A DNA stretch of 64,000 bases from Octopus sinensis (GCF_006345805.1 NC_043001.1:61318001-61382000), one strand, 5' to 3'. Positions 26,836-38,639 are shown, counted from the first letter of the stretch. Notes: generated by a model not told the origin, from the sequence alone. Program-made: numbers and translations.

Positions 26836-27400
26836 CAGGGTGTTCAAGTTAAATTTGACAGTTTGCATAAAATGTAAAGAAAACGATTTCTCCAAACAAA
26901 AAAAAATATCGACTAGATTATGGCTGGGAAATAACAGTTAACTGAAAGTAGTTCCGCTCTGCTCCCACTACGGCCTCAAGACGGTTTCAGAACCTGGAGC
27001 ATGCGTTCTTCACTGTTTGCCTGGGAAGATCTACTTGATTTATGCCACCAGCCGGCCATAGGGTTGTAGGCAAAGCGGTTGGTGAACGATTGTCCACATT
27101 CTACAGAAGTTTCACGTTGTCGTTTGAATTGAGCCTAAGAATTTGTTCAAAGCCGTGCAGCGGCATGACGTCATTCTCACTAGAGACACAACCAAAGAAC
27201 ATAGATTAGGGAAACTTGGTTTTTAGGATGTCATGGCACGTCTTACAACCGGGACATTCTTCACTGAGGAGCAGTCATGATGTCGGCATTCTGATATATG
27301 GCGCGAATCTCCATGATATAAATAACTTTTTTTCCAATATTCAGATAGTCAGCCATCTTGTGTCAGCTGGCTTTGTCTAAAATTTTAATCTTTATGTTCT
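26836..27400 (-). mobile_element. Internally deleted Tc1/mariner (maT/DD37D-like) element
   Basis: TA-cagggtgttcaa terminus at 26836; minus strand ACSRF*NRLEAVVGAERNYF and MFFGCVSSENDVMP. Confidence 0.65.
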
Positions 27401-28451
27401 CCAACGCTATTGACTGTTCACTAATATATCAAGCTGTTCCTGAAAAAAGGAGACATATTATCTTCAAATTTATCCCAAACAATTTACGAAGGAATTCTTG
27501 AAGTCACATCTAAATAATTACGTTTCATTGCACTTACCCAGGTAAGCAAACGTGCCAGAAAAATTACATGACTGCAGATACGCAAAAATGTTTATCCATA
27601 TATGCCATAGGGCTGTGTCTCTTTGAATACATTTTTAATGGGATTTTAAAATGATTGGAATGTTATTTTAAGGAAAAGGCTTATTTCAATAATGTTTTTC
27701 CCAGATAGTTTTATTACCTGTTGATTGATGTTATTTCAAATATTTCATCTTCATCAGATGTCTTATATCAAAGAACCAGAGTATTCGTTGGCGTCCGGTA
27801 ATGTTCATCCTAATCAACGTTTCGAAGACGTGGTAAGTTTAAGAGAGACTTTATATTATATATATTGCCTCACTTCATTCCCTCCTTATTAAAATCATCT
27901 CATTCACAGGTCATTTTGCTCGTTAACGTATAGCCTTATGGTTTGATATGTATAAGAAGCTATGATTTTGTATTAACATCCTAAAATTCACTATCTACAG
28001 AAACTCGGAGCAGTGTTGCTAATAAATATGCATAGGTATATATTAATACATACACTGCGCTAATACACACATATACACACATACAAACACACACACACAC
28101 GCACAAACACACACACACACACGCACACGCACACACACATATATATATATATATACTTATATGTACGTTACTTTGTTTCGTACGAAGAACGAAGAAGTAT
28201 TCAATACAAGGTGTAGAATATGTGGCTGTATATTAAGCCTGAAGATGGGAGTTTGTTGTGCTTCTATTTCTACAAACCTGTAATAGTTTATTTCGCCAGA
28301 AGAGTCGCATATATATGTATAAGCATGGCTATATACACTTATAGTTTACCTGCATATATATGTGTGTGTGTGTGTGTGTGTAAGCATGTATGTATGTAAG
28401 TATGTATGTATGTAAGTATGTATGTATGTATATATATATATATTATATATA

Positions 28452-28504
<53 letters not shown>

Positions 28505-28510
28505 TATATA

Positions 28511-28553
<43 letters not shown>

Positions 28554-28554
28554 A

Positions 28555-28770
28555 ACATACATTGAGAAATCTACAGTTACTCAATCCAGATTACAAGCTC
28601 AGGTTTATACCTGTAATTATTGGGGCCCTGTGATACGGAAAACACTGCCTAAATACCAATCTCGAGAAATTATGCTTCTTAAAACCAGAAAGGAGAAATC
28701 TAATTCGAAGACTACAGAGTCTAACCATCACTGGAACTGTAAAATTCTGATAAAAATTCCAGTTTACAAT
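28555..28770 (+). mobile_element. R4/Dong 3' fragment following (TA)n
   Basis: [23 protein letters not shown]...LIRRLQSLTITGTVK. Confidence 0.7.
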
Positions 28771-29999
28771 TTAAATTTATGAGCATGTTTAGATATGCAA
28801 ATATATGCATGAGATTACATACATGAAACACACACAAATCTCCACATGCCTATATACATGCATGCATGCATACGTACATAGATACATACATGCATACAAA
28901 CAAACAAGAATACCCTGTTGTTGATGTTGAAATTCCAATGGAGCCTTGGATCTAGGTTAGAAACCGGTTCTTTCTCTATTAGCAAAAAAATGTTGAAATA
29001 AACTGAAAATGACATACATACATACATACATACTTATATATATGTGCATGTGATTCTCTAGTATCTGAGTACAGCGTATCAAAATTAGGAGTCCGTGACT
29101 AAATAAGCAGAAACCCCTGCTGATTTTCATTCTGGGTAATGTTGCGATAAACCAGCAGGGTGAATGCAACATCTATTACAATTACAGAAATAACCCCCTA
29201 GATTTTGTAGGACACAAAAAATATCAATATGATAAATGAACATCATCTTTGCTAGTGATGCACTCCTAATGAATTTCTACAGTTCCTGCAGGTGAATTTA
29301 AAGGACACAATACGTTTAAGCAGGTAATTTTGTATGTTTCAGCTCGTGTGTAACATATTTCTATAGTATATGGGTACTATAAAACAAGTTTAATCGACAT
29401 GTGATGTGAACATTGAAGTATTTATTACATGAAAAGTTTCAGCTAAGTCACCTTCACATTTGATGTGCTTCAGAAATAAAGGAATAAGTTTAGATTTCAC
29501 ATCGCTTCTTTTCCGGTATAATTCTGATTTGCTTCTGACAGGTGAAACGATAATGTACTAAAGAGAAAGTGCGATAGATCCAACACAATCCAACTCCCTG
29601 TACAACAATTTATTTGTACAGGTTGCTCAGTAACAACATCCTGTGAAGTAAGAACAATCCATTGTGATTTACATGCATATAAAGAGATGCAATAAATCAG
29701 AAAATAAACTTATTTATTTATGGTTTGTCCACATATCAGAAGACAATTACTTAGTCATTCTTCCCCCTTAAAGAAAGACTTCAAAATATAGCGCGTTAAA
29801 TCAAAGACAAATCCGAGTATATGTTTGAAAACTTTCTACACCATGGGTATGTTGGCAGCGTGCTTAAGTTGTGTGTGTATATATATGTATTGATACATAT
29901 ATAAATACAAGTATATAAATCAGATAAAGGAGATGAAAAAATCTGCGTTGCGTCTTCATTAAGCTCCCTTACTCATGCTGGCTAAGAGAATGTATATGT

Positions 30000-30240
30000 A
30001 TAGAGGATATATCTTCTTTTCTACTCTATGCAAAAGGCCCGATTTGTTTTGCTTTTTTGGAGGGAGCGTGTCGATAAGATCGACCCCAGTACACAACTGG
30101 TACTTAATTTATCGACCCCGAAAGGATGAAAGGCAAAGTTGCCCTCGGCAAAATTTGAACTCAAGAACGTAAAAAACAGACGAAATACGGCTACGCATTT
30201 CGCCCGGTGTACTAGGGTTTCTGCCAGCTTACCGCCTTTA
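30000..30240 (-). mobile_element. tRNA-derived SINE, family 1
   Basis: gatcgaccccagt...ctggtacttaatttatcgaccccgaaaggatgaaaggcaaag...aatttgaactc...gcatttcgcccgg...ttctgccagcttaccgcc. Confidence 0.85.
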
Positions 30241-30857
30241 AATAATTTATCTTGAAGTAGGAAACTGTCCATATCAACTGAAATGCAGGGTCAAATAAAC
30301 CGTTCGCAGGATAAAAATATATTAATTCAAACATTGGAAATTTATGATACGACATTTAAACTTTTGATTATACTCATTTCATTACTCAATATATTCAATA
30401 TATATTTTATGAATATACATATTGATATCAGTGTGAATATATAAATGAAATAATAATATAAACATAATAAAATATTGTTATGGTTTACTTTAACAAAATA
30501 TATCATATTATAAATTCATTTATATTCATAATGAACACTCTATTCCAACTTCCATTATGTTCCTCTTCATGCCTTCTGATACTGACCCCAAGGACCTAAC
30601 AATAATTGGCACTATCTTCACCTTCATTTTTCATACCCGGTCTATTTCGTACTTAAGAGGGTTATATTTATCTATTGTTTTACCTTCCTTCTTGACTATT
30701 CCTGAGCGAAAGGGGCATGCTACATCAACTGTACAGCACATGTGGTGCACTTTTTCCGGTCTGTTATACTCTTGCACCTGAACTCTTTGGCTAGCGAAGA
30801 CCCACAGGATTTTGTTAATCTCCGATGCCGCCACTCTCTGCGGTTTGTGCTCATGCC

Positions 30858-30879
30858 ATTATTATTATTATTATTATTA

Positions 30880-30925
<46 letters not shown>

Positions 30926-30965
30926 CACTATTATTATTATCACTATTATTATTGTTATTATTATT
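30858..30965. repeat. (ATT)n microsatellite
   Basis: Read directly from sequence. Confidence 0.95.
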
Positions 30966-31249
30966 CAGGATGGTCGTTTTTTGCCAAAGAAACACGCATC
31001 ATATATTCGTTCTTCACACGTTTATTACTGCTATTTTAGCTTATATCCAATGCCTCAAAATCTTTTGTCTCACATCTGTGACACTTTCTATCCACGTGTA
31101 TCCTCCTGCCCCGCCTAGTCCATTTTTTAGGAGGAGCAGAATACTCGTGGACGGAAAGGATCACTGAAGAAGATTTACAGACGATGGACATAAGATAAAA
31201 TAAGAACAATAATAAACGAGCGAAGAAAGAATATATAATTTGTGCGTTT

Positions 31250-31300
<51 letters not shown>

Positions 31301-31597
31301 GTACATACATGCATAAATGGACACACGTGTGTTTGTGTTTGTGTGTGTGTGTGTGTGTGGTGTGTGTGTGTGTGTGTGTTTGTGTGTGTGTGCGTATATA
31401 TGTGTGTGTTGAATTCACTGAAGAGAAAAAGAATTACTGATATTTCAAATCTTTCATTAAATCTTTTTCACTTATCTTCGAAAACATTTATACAGACATT
31501 AATTTAATTTCGAAATATAATATGTATTAAACTTAGAAACTTATAGAATCCCTAGTAGTTTAGCCCGGCGTTAGGATTATTAAGCTAATATACATAT

Positions 31598-31644
<47 letters not shown>

Positions 31645-31647
<3 letters not shown>

Positions 31648-31842
31648 GGTCCCGGGTTGATTCGGGGTTAACCACAGTAAATAAGGTACTCAATACATAG
31701 CAGAGTAAAATTAATTTATTATATAGAAGGAGCTTCTACAGGACTAGAACTGTTTCATTCAAGAGAAATATTCAGGAAGCTTCCTGAAGATTTCTCTTGA
31801 ATGAAACAGTTCTAGTCCTGTAGAAGCTCCTTCTATATAATA
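31645..31842. mobile_element. (TA)n-flanked PLE-type terminal repeat with ~120-bp palindrome (31719-31840)
   Basis: Arms mirror around ggaagcttcc with one mismatch; the body recurs inverted at 49860-49980. Confidence 0.75.
31778..31828 (+). ncRNA. Type I hammerhead ribozyme motif
   Basis: AGCUUC-CUGAAGA(31784-90)-weak stem II UUC/GAA-GAAA(31803-06)-CAG/CUG-UA-GAAGCU; GUA site, cut after 31822. Confidence 0.65.
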
Positions 31843-32012
31843 TATATATATATATATATATATTATGTGAAATAGAAAGATGAATAATCTTGTTGTAGAT
31901 TAATCAAAAGTTAACCGATACCTTAGTAGCAAAAATCACAGCAGTAAACAGCACGGTTGGAGGTACAACCATCTGGCGTTGCAACCGTGCGTTGGTGCGG
32001 ATAATTGAAGTT

Positions 32013-32375
32013 AAAACATTATTGGTGAATTGAAGAAATGGAGCTGAACGCAGATTGAACAGAAATCGTTTTATTTCATTCTACACGTGTTTCGAAAGGC
32101 ACAAATTACCAAAATCCGATTGAATAATGGGACCATATTGTGTCTTTCTCTTCAGGAAGAAAAAAGGAAATCCGTTAGAGAAACAAAAACAGAACAGAGG
32201 CGGAGCAAAAACCAAATCGAACTATGCTCCTTTTTTCTTCCTGAAGAGAAAGACACAATATGGTCCCATTATTCAATCGGATTTTGGTAATTTGTGCCTT
32301 TCGAAACACGTGTAGAATGAAATAAAACGATTTCTGTTCAATCTGCGTTCAGCTCCATTTCTTCAATTCACCAAT

Positions 32376-32383
<8 letters not shown>
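32013..32383. repeat. Inverted repeat, ~155-bp arms (32013-32168, 32228-32383), ~59-bp spacer
   Basis: Arms are reverse complements; (TA)n downstream. Confidence 0.92.
32235..32322 (+). ncRNA. Type I hammerhead ribozyme motif with long stem II (mirror copy 32074-32161, minus)
   Basis: UUCUUC-CUGAAGA(32241-47)-GAAAGACACAA/UUGUGCCUUUC-GAAA(32303-06)-palindromic ACACGUGU-A-GAAUGAA; cut after 32314. Confidence 0.75.
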
Positions 32384-32429
<46 letters not shown>

Positions 32430-32437
<8 letters not shown>

Positions 32438-32905
32438 TGAGAATGTGTGTCTGTCTGTCTGTGTGTTTCCCTAAAACTTGAGAACTACCCAACCAATTTC
32501 CTTCAAATTTTACACATGCCTTACTTAGGGTCCATGTAGTTTCATGGGCGGGCAAATGAATTACAGTATTACGTGTTAAAAATGAAACAAAAACATTTCC
32601 CTATTTTATGTCAGATACTTTCACTTTAACAATAAAATTTAGAGATAATAATAACAATTGAATTATATGTAGTAAGTAATAATTAAAATCAAACTAAAGT
32701 ATAATATAATCGTAACATAAGAAAAGTAAAAATAGCAATTGGTATAAAATTGCATCAATGACTTGAACTTGAATAAGTGGTTTCACATGAATGAGAATAA
32801 ATTAAAAATAAAATTAGTGTGCAGAAATGGAATAGTCCAGATGGAGCTGTGCACATACCATTTACTACGGCTTTTACATTAGATTATCTGCTAATTAGCT
32901 AGCAT
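32430..32905 (+). mobile_element. Possible non-autonomous Helitron-like element
   Basis: tataaaactgagaatgtgtgtctgtctgtctg...accaatttccttcaaattttacac resembles Lep1-type Helitron 5' ends (from memory); 3' end uncertain. Confidence 0.35.
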
Positions 32906-33256
32906 TAACTATCTATATGAAGTTTGGCTGTATGTAATGTCTGTTTTCTCGAACAGCCGCTTCTACTGCTGTTGGTTTATTTCTTATACATAAAGGACTA
33001 TAGCTTCAACTGCGTACTGCTTTTTGATTCACCGTAAGGTTTGTTGTTATTATTATTGCTGTTTAACTATTGTTATCACGTTTGTTGGTTCCTCGTAAGG
33101 GAAACGTTGTTGTGTTGCATTTGTTAAATAATTGTAAACTGTAGTCCTCCCCCTTTGGGTGAAGGAGCTTTGGTTATTGTTTAAAAATTGAATTGTTTCC
33201 CTGTTTGGGGAAATTGACAATATTTTCACCGTTTATACGGAAGCATTTTTGTTAGA

Positions 33257-33790
33257 ATGCCTTCCATAGAAGAAAGTCCAAAAATGAACTTTGCTGCCGC
33301 CGTCGGCAGGCGAGAACTCATTAAAATTAAAATGGAAGAAATACAAACCTATTTCCTATTGATCACCGACAAAGACGGTGAATCTAGGATAACACAGCCA
33401 AACGAAATAAAAAGTTAAATAAAAGAAAAGACTATTGTCTATAAAGTATACAATGTAGAGGAAAAAAAGATTTGAACACCTGCATGAAAGCACCAACGAA
33501 AAGTGTCTTGGTGCGACTATGAAAGATATCTAACCAGAGGCGGTAAATTCGCCACAATAGAAGTAAGGTTCGAGTCAACGGAGCGTGCAAGGGAGTACTC
33601 GACTTGAACCTTGCAAAGTGGAAATATTTTATTTTTACCTTTATATCTGGGACGTAGAACGTCCCGGATAAAAATTTAAAAAATTTTCCCCCAGAAGTAG
33701 AAGTAGGCTGGATTGTAGCCACACTTCTATACAAGAGGAAGAACACGATAAAATTGATCGAAATTACAAGAGACGGGCCTAGAATTCCAG
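33257..33790 (+). pseudogene. Second decayed LINE ORF1-like fragment related to 6130-6930
   Basis: MNFAAAVGR...; RYLTRGGKFATIEVRFESTERAREYST vs RYGTVDVRFATEEEARK. Confidence 0.5.
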
Positions 33791-33975
33791 TCTGTTATAT
33801 ATTTTGAGTATTGTTATCACTAGCTATATCAAGATATAACTTTGTATTTTATGTGTAGATGTATATATATATATAGATGTACATGTAATATGTACACATA
33901 TACATACACATATATAAACAAGCACTAGCACTATGACCCGGCACCGACGGGTCATCATGCTAGCATATATATATA

Positions 33976-34022
<47 letters not shown>

Positions 34023-34372
34023 AACACAGACTCATACACATATATATATATGTGTGTGTGTGTGTGTGTATATATATAGTTTTGGTCTTTTATTCTGCTT
34101 TTACTTGTTTCAATCATTTTGACTGCGGCCATGCTGGACCACCAACTTGCGTTTCCATACCACTCATGCTTTTTTAAGACCACAGTCCGTATTTTCAGGA
34201 TGATTACAGTGTATTCCATAGCGCCCGTGGGCATCGGGTAGATCATCTTCATGGATTCATTTCTTCAGGCGATATAACATTGTAACATTAATGAATGTTT
34301 TAAACTGGGGGCTGTTTATCCCTTTCGACCAGTAAATATACGTGAGAAATTTAACTGTGTTTATCTACCGTA

Positions 34373-34377
<5 letters not shown>

Positions 34378-34449
<72 letters not shown>

Positions 34450-34460
34450 TAGGTAGATAG

Positions 34461-34491
<31 letters not shown>

Positions 34492-34500
34492 GATAGATAT

Positions 34501-34580
<80 letters not shown>
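34378..34580. repeat. Compound (TA)n-(GA)n-(GATA)n microsatellite
   Basis: Read directly from sequence. Confidence 0.97.
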
Positions 34581-34599
34581 CATCGTAGCATCATAAACT

Positions 34600-35824
34600 T
34601 GAAATATTTATAAAACCATCAAAAGCTTGTTTATTTTTGTTTTTTTTATTTACTATTTGTGTTGCTTAATATGTTTTGCTAAAATTGCTGGTTATTTTCA
34701 GATATTATCAGAAAAGGGTAATTAAATTCGCTAAAATGACAGATCTATCGGACTTTGAAAGAGCTCAAATTGTTGGCGATCGTATGACAGACGCTAGCGT
34801 AACGAAAACAGCTGAAATGTTTGCTGTATGAAGAAGTACTGTCTTGAAAGTATTGACAGCCTTTGAGAAAGAGGGAAAAACCTCATCGTCGAAACAAAAC
34901 TCGGGAAGAAAACCAAAACTTTCAGACAAGAAACGTCGGGCTGGCACGCGAATTGTTGGAAAGGATCACAAAATTACAGCTCCGAAAATGACTTTAGAGC
35001 TTAATGACTACCTCGGGAACCCAGTTTCCACAAAAATGTTCGCTGGGAGAGGCACAAAGCTGAATTTCACGAGAGGGATGCAATCAGAAAACCATTAATT
35101 TCAGAAACAAACATTGCAAAGCATTTAGAGTGGAGTAAAAACCTACAGAATTGGTCCCTAGATCAGTGGAAGAATGTTATTTTCTCGGAGAAGTCACTCT
35201 TTACTTTGTTTCCGATCACCGGCTGAGGATACGTGTGAAGACAGCCAAAAGAAGCATTTGACCCAGACTGGCTTCTTCCAACAGTTAAACATGGGGTAGG
35301 ATCTGTGATGGTCTGTGTGGGGGGGGCTATCTTGGAAATCCGCCTGCGCAATGGTTGCACTTCACGGCAGAATTTATAGTCAAGATTATTTATGCATTTT
35401 ATCTGATCAAATTCATCCTATGGTTTCGGAAGTGTTTCCGGGGGAACGCGCAGTCTTTCAGTGTGGTAATGCACCATTTCTCACGGCTAAATTTGTTACT
35501 GAATGACACGAGGAACATTCTAGTGAAGTTGAACATCTTATCTGGCCACCACTGTTCACAGATCTCAATATTATTGAACATCTATGTTGCATTTTAGGAA
35601 AATAAGTAAGGATTTGATATCCTCCACCATCATCACTACAAGAACTGCAAACTGTTTTAGCTGGAGAATGGACAAAAAGTCCTTTTGGAAACAATTCAAA
35701 CTTTTTTATGAGTCCATACCTCGTAGAATTCAAGGTGTAATTACTGCCAAAGGCGGTTCTACCACATATTATAATAAATTCGTTTGAAAGTTTAAGGTGT
35801 TTCCATTATCTCGTCCAACCCCTG
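34600..35824 (+). mobile_element. Tc1-family transposon; pseudogenised transposase about 34737-35775, right TIR present, left TIR lost
   Basis: [82 protein letters not shown]; end aaggtgtttccattatctcgtccaacccctg-TA. Confidence 0.9.
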
Positions 35825-35867
<43 letters not shown>

Positions 35868-35928
35868 ATATATATACATACATACATACATACATACATG
35901 CATACATTCATACATACATACATACATA

Positions 35929-35980
<52 letters not shown>

Positions 35981-36039
35981 ATATAGCATTGTAAAATCAT
36001 GCATGCGTATTGTTTGTATATCTATTGTCATTTTTTCAG

Positions 36040-37980
36040 AGAGATATAGCCAGAAGAAATGTCTATTGTCCCCGAAATTGCCATCAGCAGGAAACCCTAT
36101 TAACAGGGGGCCATCGCCACTGCAATTACCACAGCTTTATGATAACCAGTGATTACAATTCCTGTCCAGACGATTATATACTAGAATGTGTTGAAGATGA
36201 TAAAGAATATATACTTAGATTGTATCTTCAGGAGGGATATCGCGGTAAATGCCATGGTTATCAGTGTCATCACCAGTCACAATTACAGAACAAGCAATTT
36301 GATTACAATACACTTCAGAATATAAATCGATGCAATCAGATTGGGAAGCAGCGATCCGTTCAGAATAGCGTTAGTTCCGCTTCTGAATATTACACTGATG
36401 AATTAGAAGACGATGTTTCCTATCCCGAAAAACAATGTCAGCGGGAAGACGAAAACCATGAAAAAGATATTCAGAAGCATATTAATGTTCAGAAACAAGA
36501 ATGTCTCGAAAATAAATCTCGCCATGAATATAATCATTATAATTGTCTGGATCATCGTTGTCGTTATTGTTGTTTTCAGCATCCATATGGTAGTGAGCAA
36601 TATGATGACTCAGAGACATTTTCTCAGACAAGTGATAATCTGCAGGAATGTGAAACAACATGCCCATTCCACCACCAACATGAACATCATCACCACCACT
36701 ATCATCATTATTATTGTGATCATAATCGTGACTACTATATGCAATATTATAAACGATATCCACACTGCTATCCAAGCTACTATGACGAAAATCAATTTGG
36801 AAATGAAAATAATAAATACTATGCATATGAGCGCCCTAAAAAGCCCGAAAAATATAGTGAAAATACATACCAAAATCAGAAGCGGGAGGAGACGCCAGTG
36901 CAACAAACACAAAAGTCTGTATTGAAGAATAAAGATAAAAGCCCAGTTAAGACACAAATATCTGAACAGAAACAGGGGATTGAAGAGCAGCAACGACGGG
37001 AAAATAAACCTGAGGGCAAATTAAAAGAAAAAGAGCAATATATACCACAAGCATCGAATATTCGGAAACAAAAGTCAGACGAACTTCGACAGGAGAAAAG
37101 CAATACGAAAAGCGACAAGAAAAATGGGCAGCAACAGAAACCCAAGAAACAAGAACTTCAGCAACAGTCCGAGAATGTCAGTCATAAAAAAAGGCAAGTA
37201 AATGAATCTCCACAACTAACTAAACACCTGAAGCAAAAACGTACGACAAACAATCATATACAAAATAATGTAACATCAAACAAAAAGAAGATGCAAGGTG
37301 GGCGATTACTCAAGCGTGAATATAAAGTGAAACAAATAGAGAAACAACTTCCCAAGCCGAAGACATCTACCAAGCAAACGAAAAAGCAAGAACGAGAACA
37401 GAACATAAAAAATGTTGTCCCTGAAATAAATGGGCAAAGTAAACGCGCTAAACAACAGCAGTTTCCGCAGAAAGCGCAGAAGGGTGCATCGTTTGTCAGT
37501 AAAGAATGCCCCGAGAATAAAGAGTGTTCAATCAATAGAATATGCCCCTTGGATAAAGAATGTTGTGTAAATAAAGAATGCACCATAGATAAAGAATGTT
37601 GTATAAATAAAGAATGCGCCATGGATAAAGAATGCTGTGTAAATAAGGAATGCTCCATGGATAAAGAATGCTGTGCAAATAAAGAATGCTCCATGGATAA
37701 AGAATGCTGTGTAAATAAAGAATGCCCCATGGGTAAAGAATGCTGTGTAAACAAAGAATGCCCCATGGGTAAAGAATGCTGTGTAAACAAAGAATGCCCC
37801 ATGGATAAAGAATGTTTTACAAATAAACAATGCTCCTTTAATAAAGATTGCTCCATCAATCAACAATGCGAGCACCGGTCTCCAGAGACTTGTCATGGTA
37901 AATGCCAGCACATGGTATATCGTCTGAAATATTGTAAAACTCATCTTCCTTATCAAAACTCAATACTGATTAAATTATAA
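36040..37980 (+). CDS. Large intact terminal exon or single-exon gene for an uncharacterised low-complexity protein (C/H/Y-rich N-region, K/Q/E-rich middle, Cys-hexapeptide C-terminal repeats)
   Basis: 656-codon stop-free frame (36010-37980) in otherwise decayed DNA; pyrimidine tract and CAG acceptor ending 36039 in phase 0; first in-frame ATG 36139; AATAAA at 37998 and 38050. True start unknown. Confidence 0.8.
   Translation, partial: RDIARRNVYCPRNCHQQETLLTGGHRHCNYHSFMITSDYNSCPDDYILECVEDDKEYILRLYLQEGYRGKCHGYQCHHQSQLQNKQFDYNTLQNINRCNQIGKQRSVQNSVSSASEYYTDELEDDVSYPEKQCQREDENHEKDIQKHINVQKQECLENKSRHEYNHYNCLDHRCRYCCFQHPYGSEQYDDSETFSQTSDNLQECETTCPFHHQHEHHHHHYHHYYCDHNRDYYMQYYKRYPHCYPSYYDENQFGNENNKYYAYERPKKPEKYSENTYQNQKREETPVQQTQKSVLKNKDKSPVKTQISEQKQGIEEQQRRENKPEGKLKEKEQYIPQASNIRKQKSDELRQEKSNTKSDKKNGQQQKPKKQELQQQSENVSHKKRQVNESPQLTKHLKQKRTTNNHIQNNVTSNKKKMQGGRLLKREYKVKQIEKQLPKPKTSTKQTKKQEREQNIKNVVPEINGQSKRAKQQQFPQKAQKGASFVSKECPENKECSINRICPLDKECCVNKECTIDKECCINKECAMDKECCVNKECSMDKECCANKECSMDKECCVNKECPMGKECCVNKECPMGKECCVNKECPMDKECFTNKQCSFNKDCSINQQCEHRSPETCHGKCQHMVYRLKYCKTHLPYQNSILIKL
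37507..37866 (+). repeat. Coding minisatellite: 20 x 18-bp units grouped as 36-bp (C-x-x-D/G-K-E-C-C-x-N-K-E)
   Basis: Read from sequence and translation. Confidence 0.95.
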
Positions 37981-37997
37981 CCAGTATTTTTCGAACT

Positions 37998-38055
37998 AAT
38001 AAAATAGCAAATATCATTACGTTACTGCACACAAGTTTCTAATACGCTCAATAAA
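37998..38055 (+). promoter_or_regulatory. Two candidate polyadenylation signals (AATAAA 37998-38003 and 38050-38055)
   Basis: Within 75 nt after the stop codon; AT-rich background weakens the signal. Confidence 0.5.
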
Positions 38056-38639
38056 CAATAACTATAAATAGCATGATCTCTGAAGAAACAGTAACAACCA
38101 CTGGCAATGATTCAAAACTTCACGTCATTATACTTCAGTAGCATCATACATAATTGTTAGTTATAAGGAATTCCTTAATAAATCTTTTGGATATTATTCA
38201 ATATATAGTTTATGATTTACGTAGTGTATGCATTTTGTTTATCTGCCGGATTTCTTGCGGGACAGCATCGGAGGTGAGTTGATGACGGCAACTGAAAACC
38301 AAACATGCGTGTATGTGTGTGTATCTGTATGTGTCTGTTTATAAACAAACACATGTTAGTTCGTATATATTTATACACTTAGTTGTACATTTAGCTATTT
38401 AGCGTCTAATTTTGCGAAGAAATCTTTGAGGGATATGGGTTCCAGTCCCATGGCTGGTTGTTGACAAATTTTCTACTTTATAAGAGTAAGTTACCCAGTA
38501 TTTCTGCTGTTCTAACGACAACTATGCATTATTTGTATAGCCGGAAACTACAGCCTAGAAGACGAGCCTCGCCCTGGAAGATCTGTAGAGCTCGAATAGG
38601 ACGTCCTGCAAACACTGGTGGAACAAAATCACATCGCAA

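Noticed and set aside
37507-37866. CRISPR-like periodicity
   Set aside because: Contiguous in-frame coding repeats without unique spacers, in eukaryotic context
37254-37956. Antisense repeat ORFs (QHSLSMEHSLF; GAFFIYTAFF)
   Set aside because: Shadow frames of the plus-strand Cys repeat
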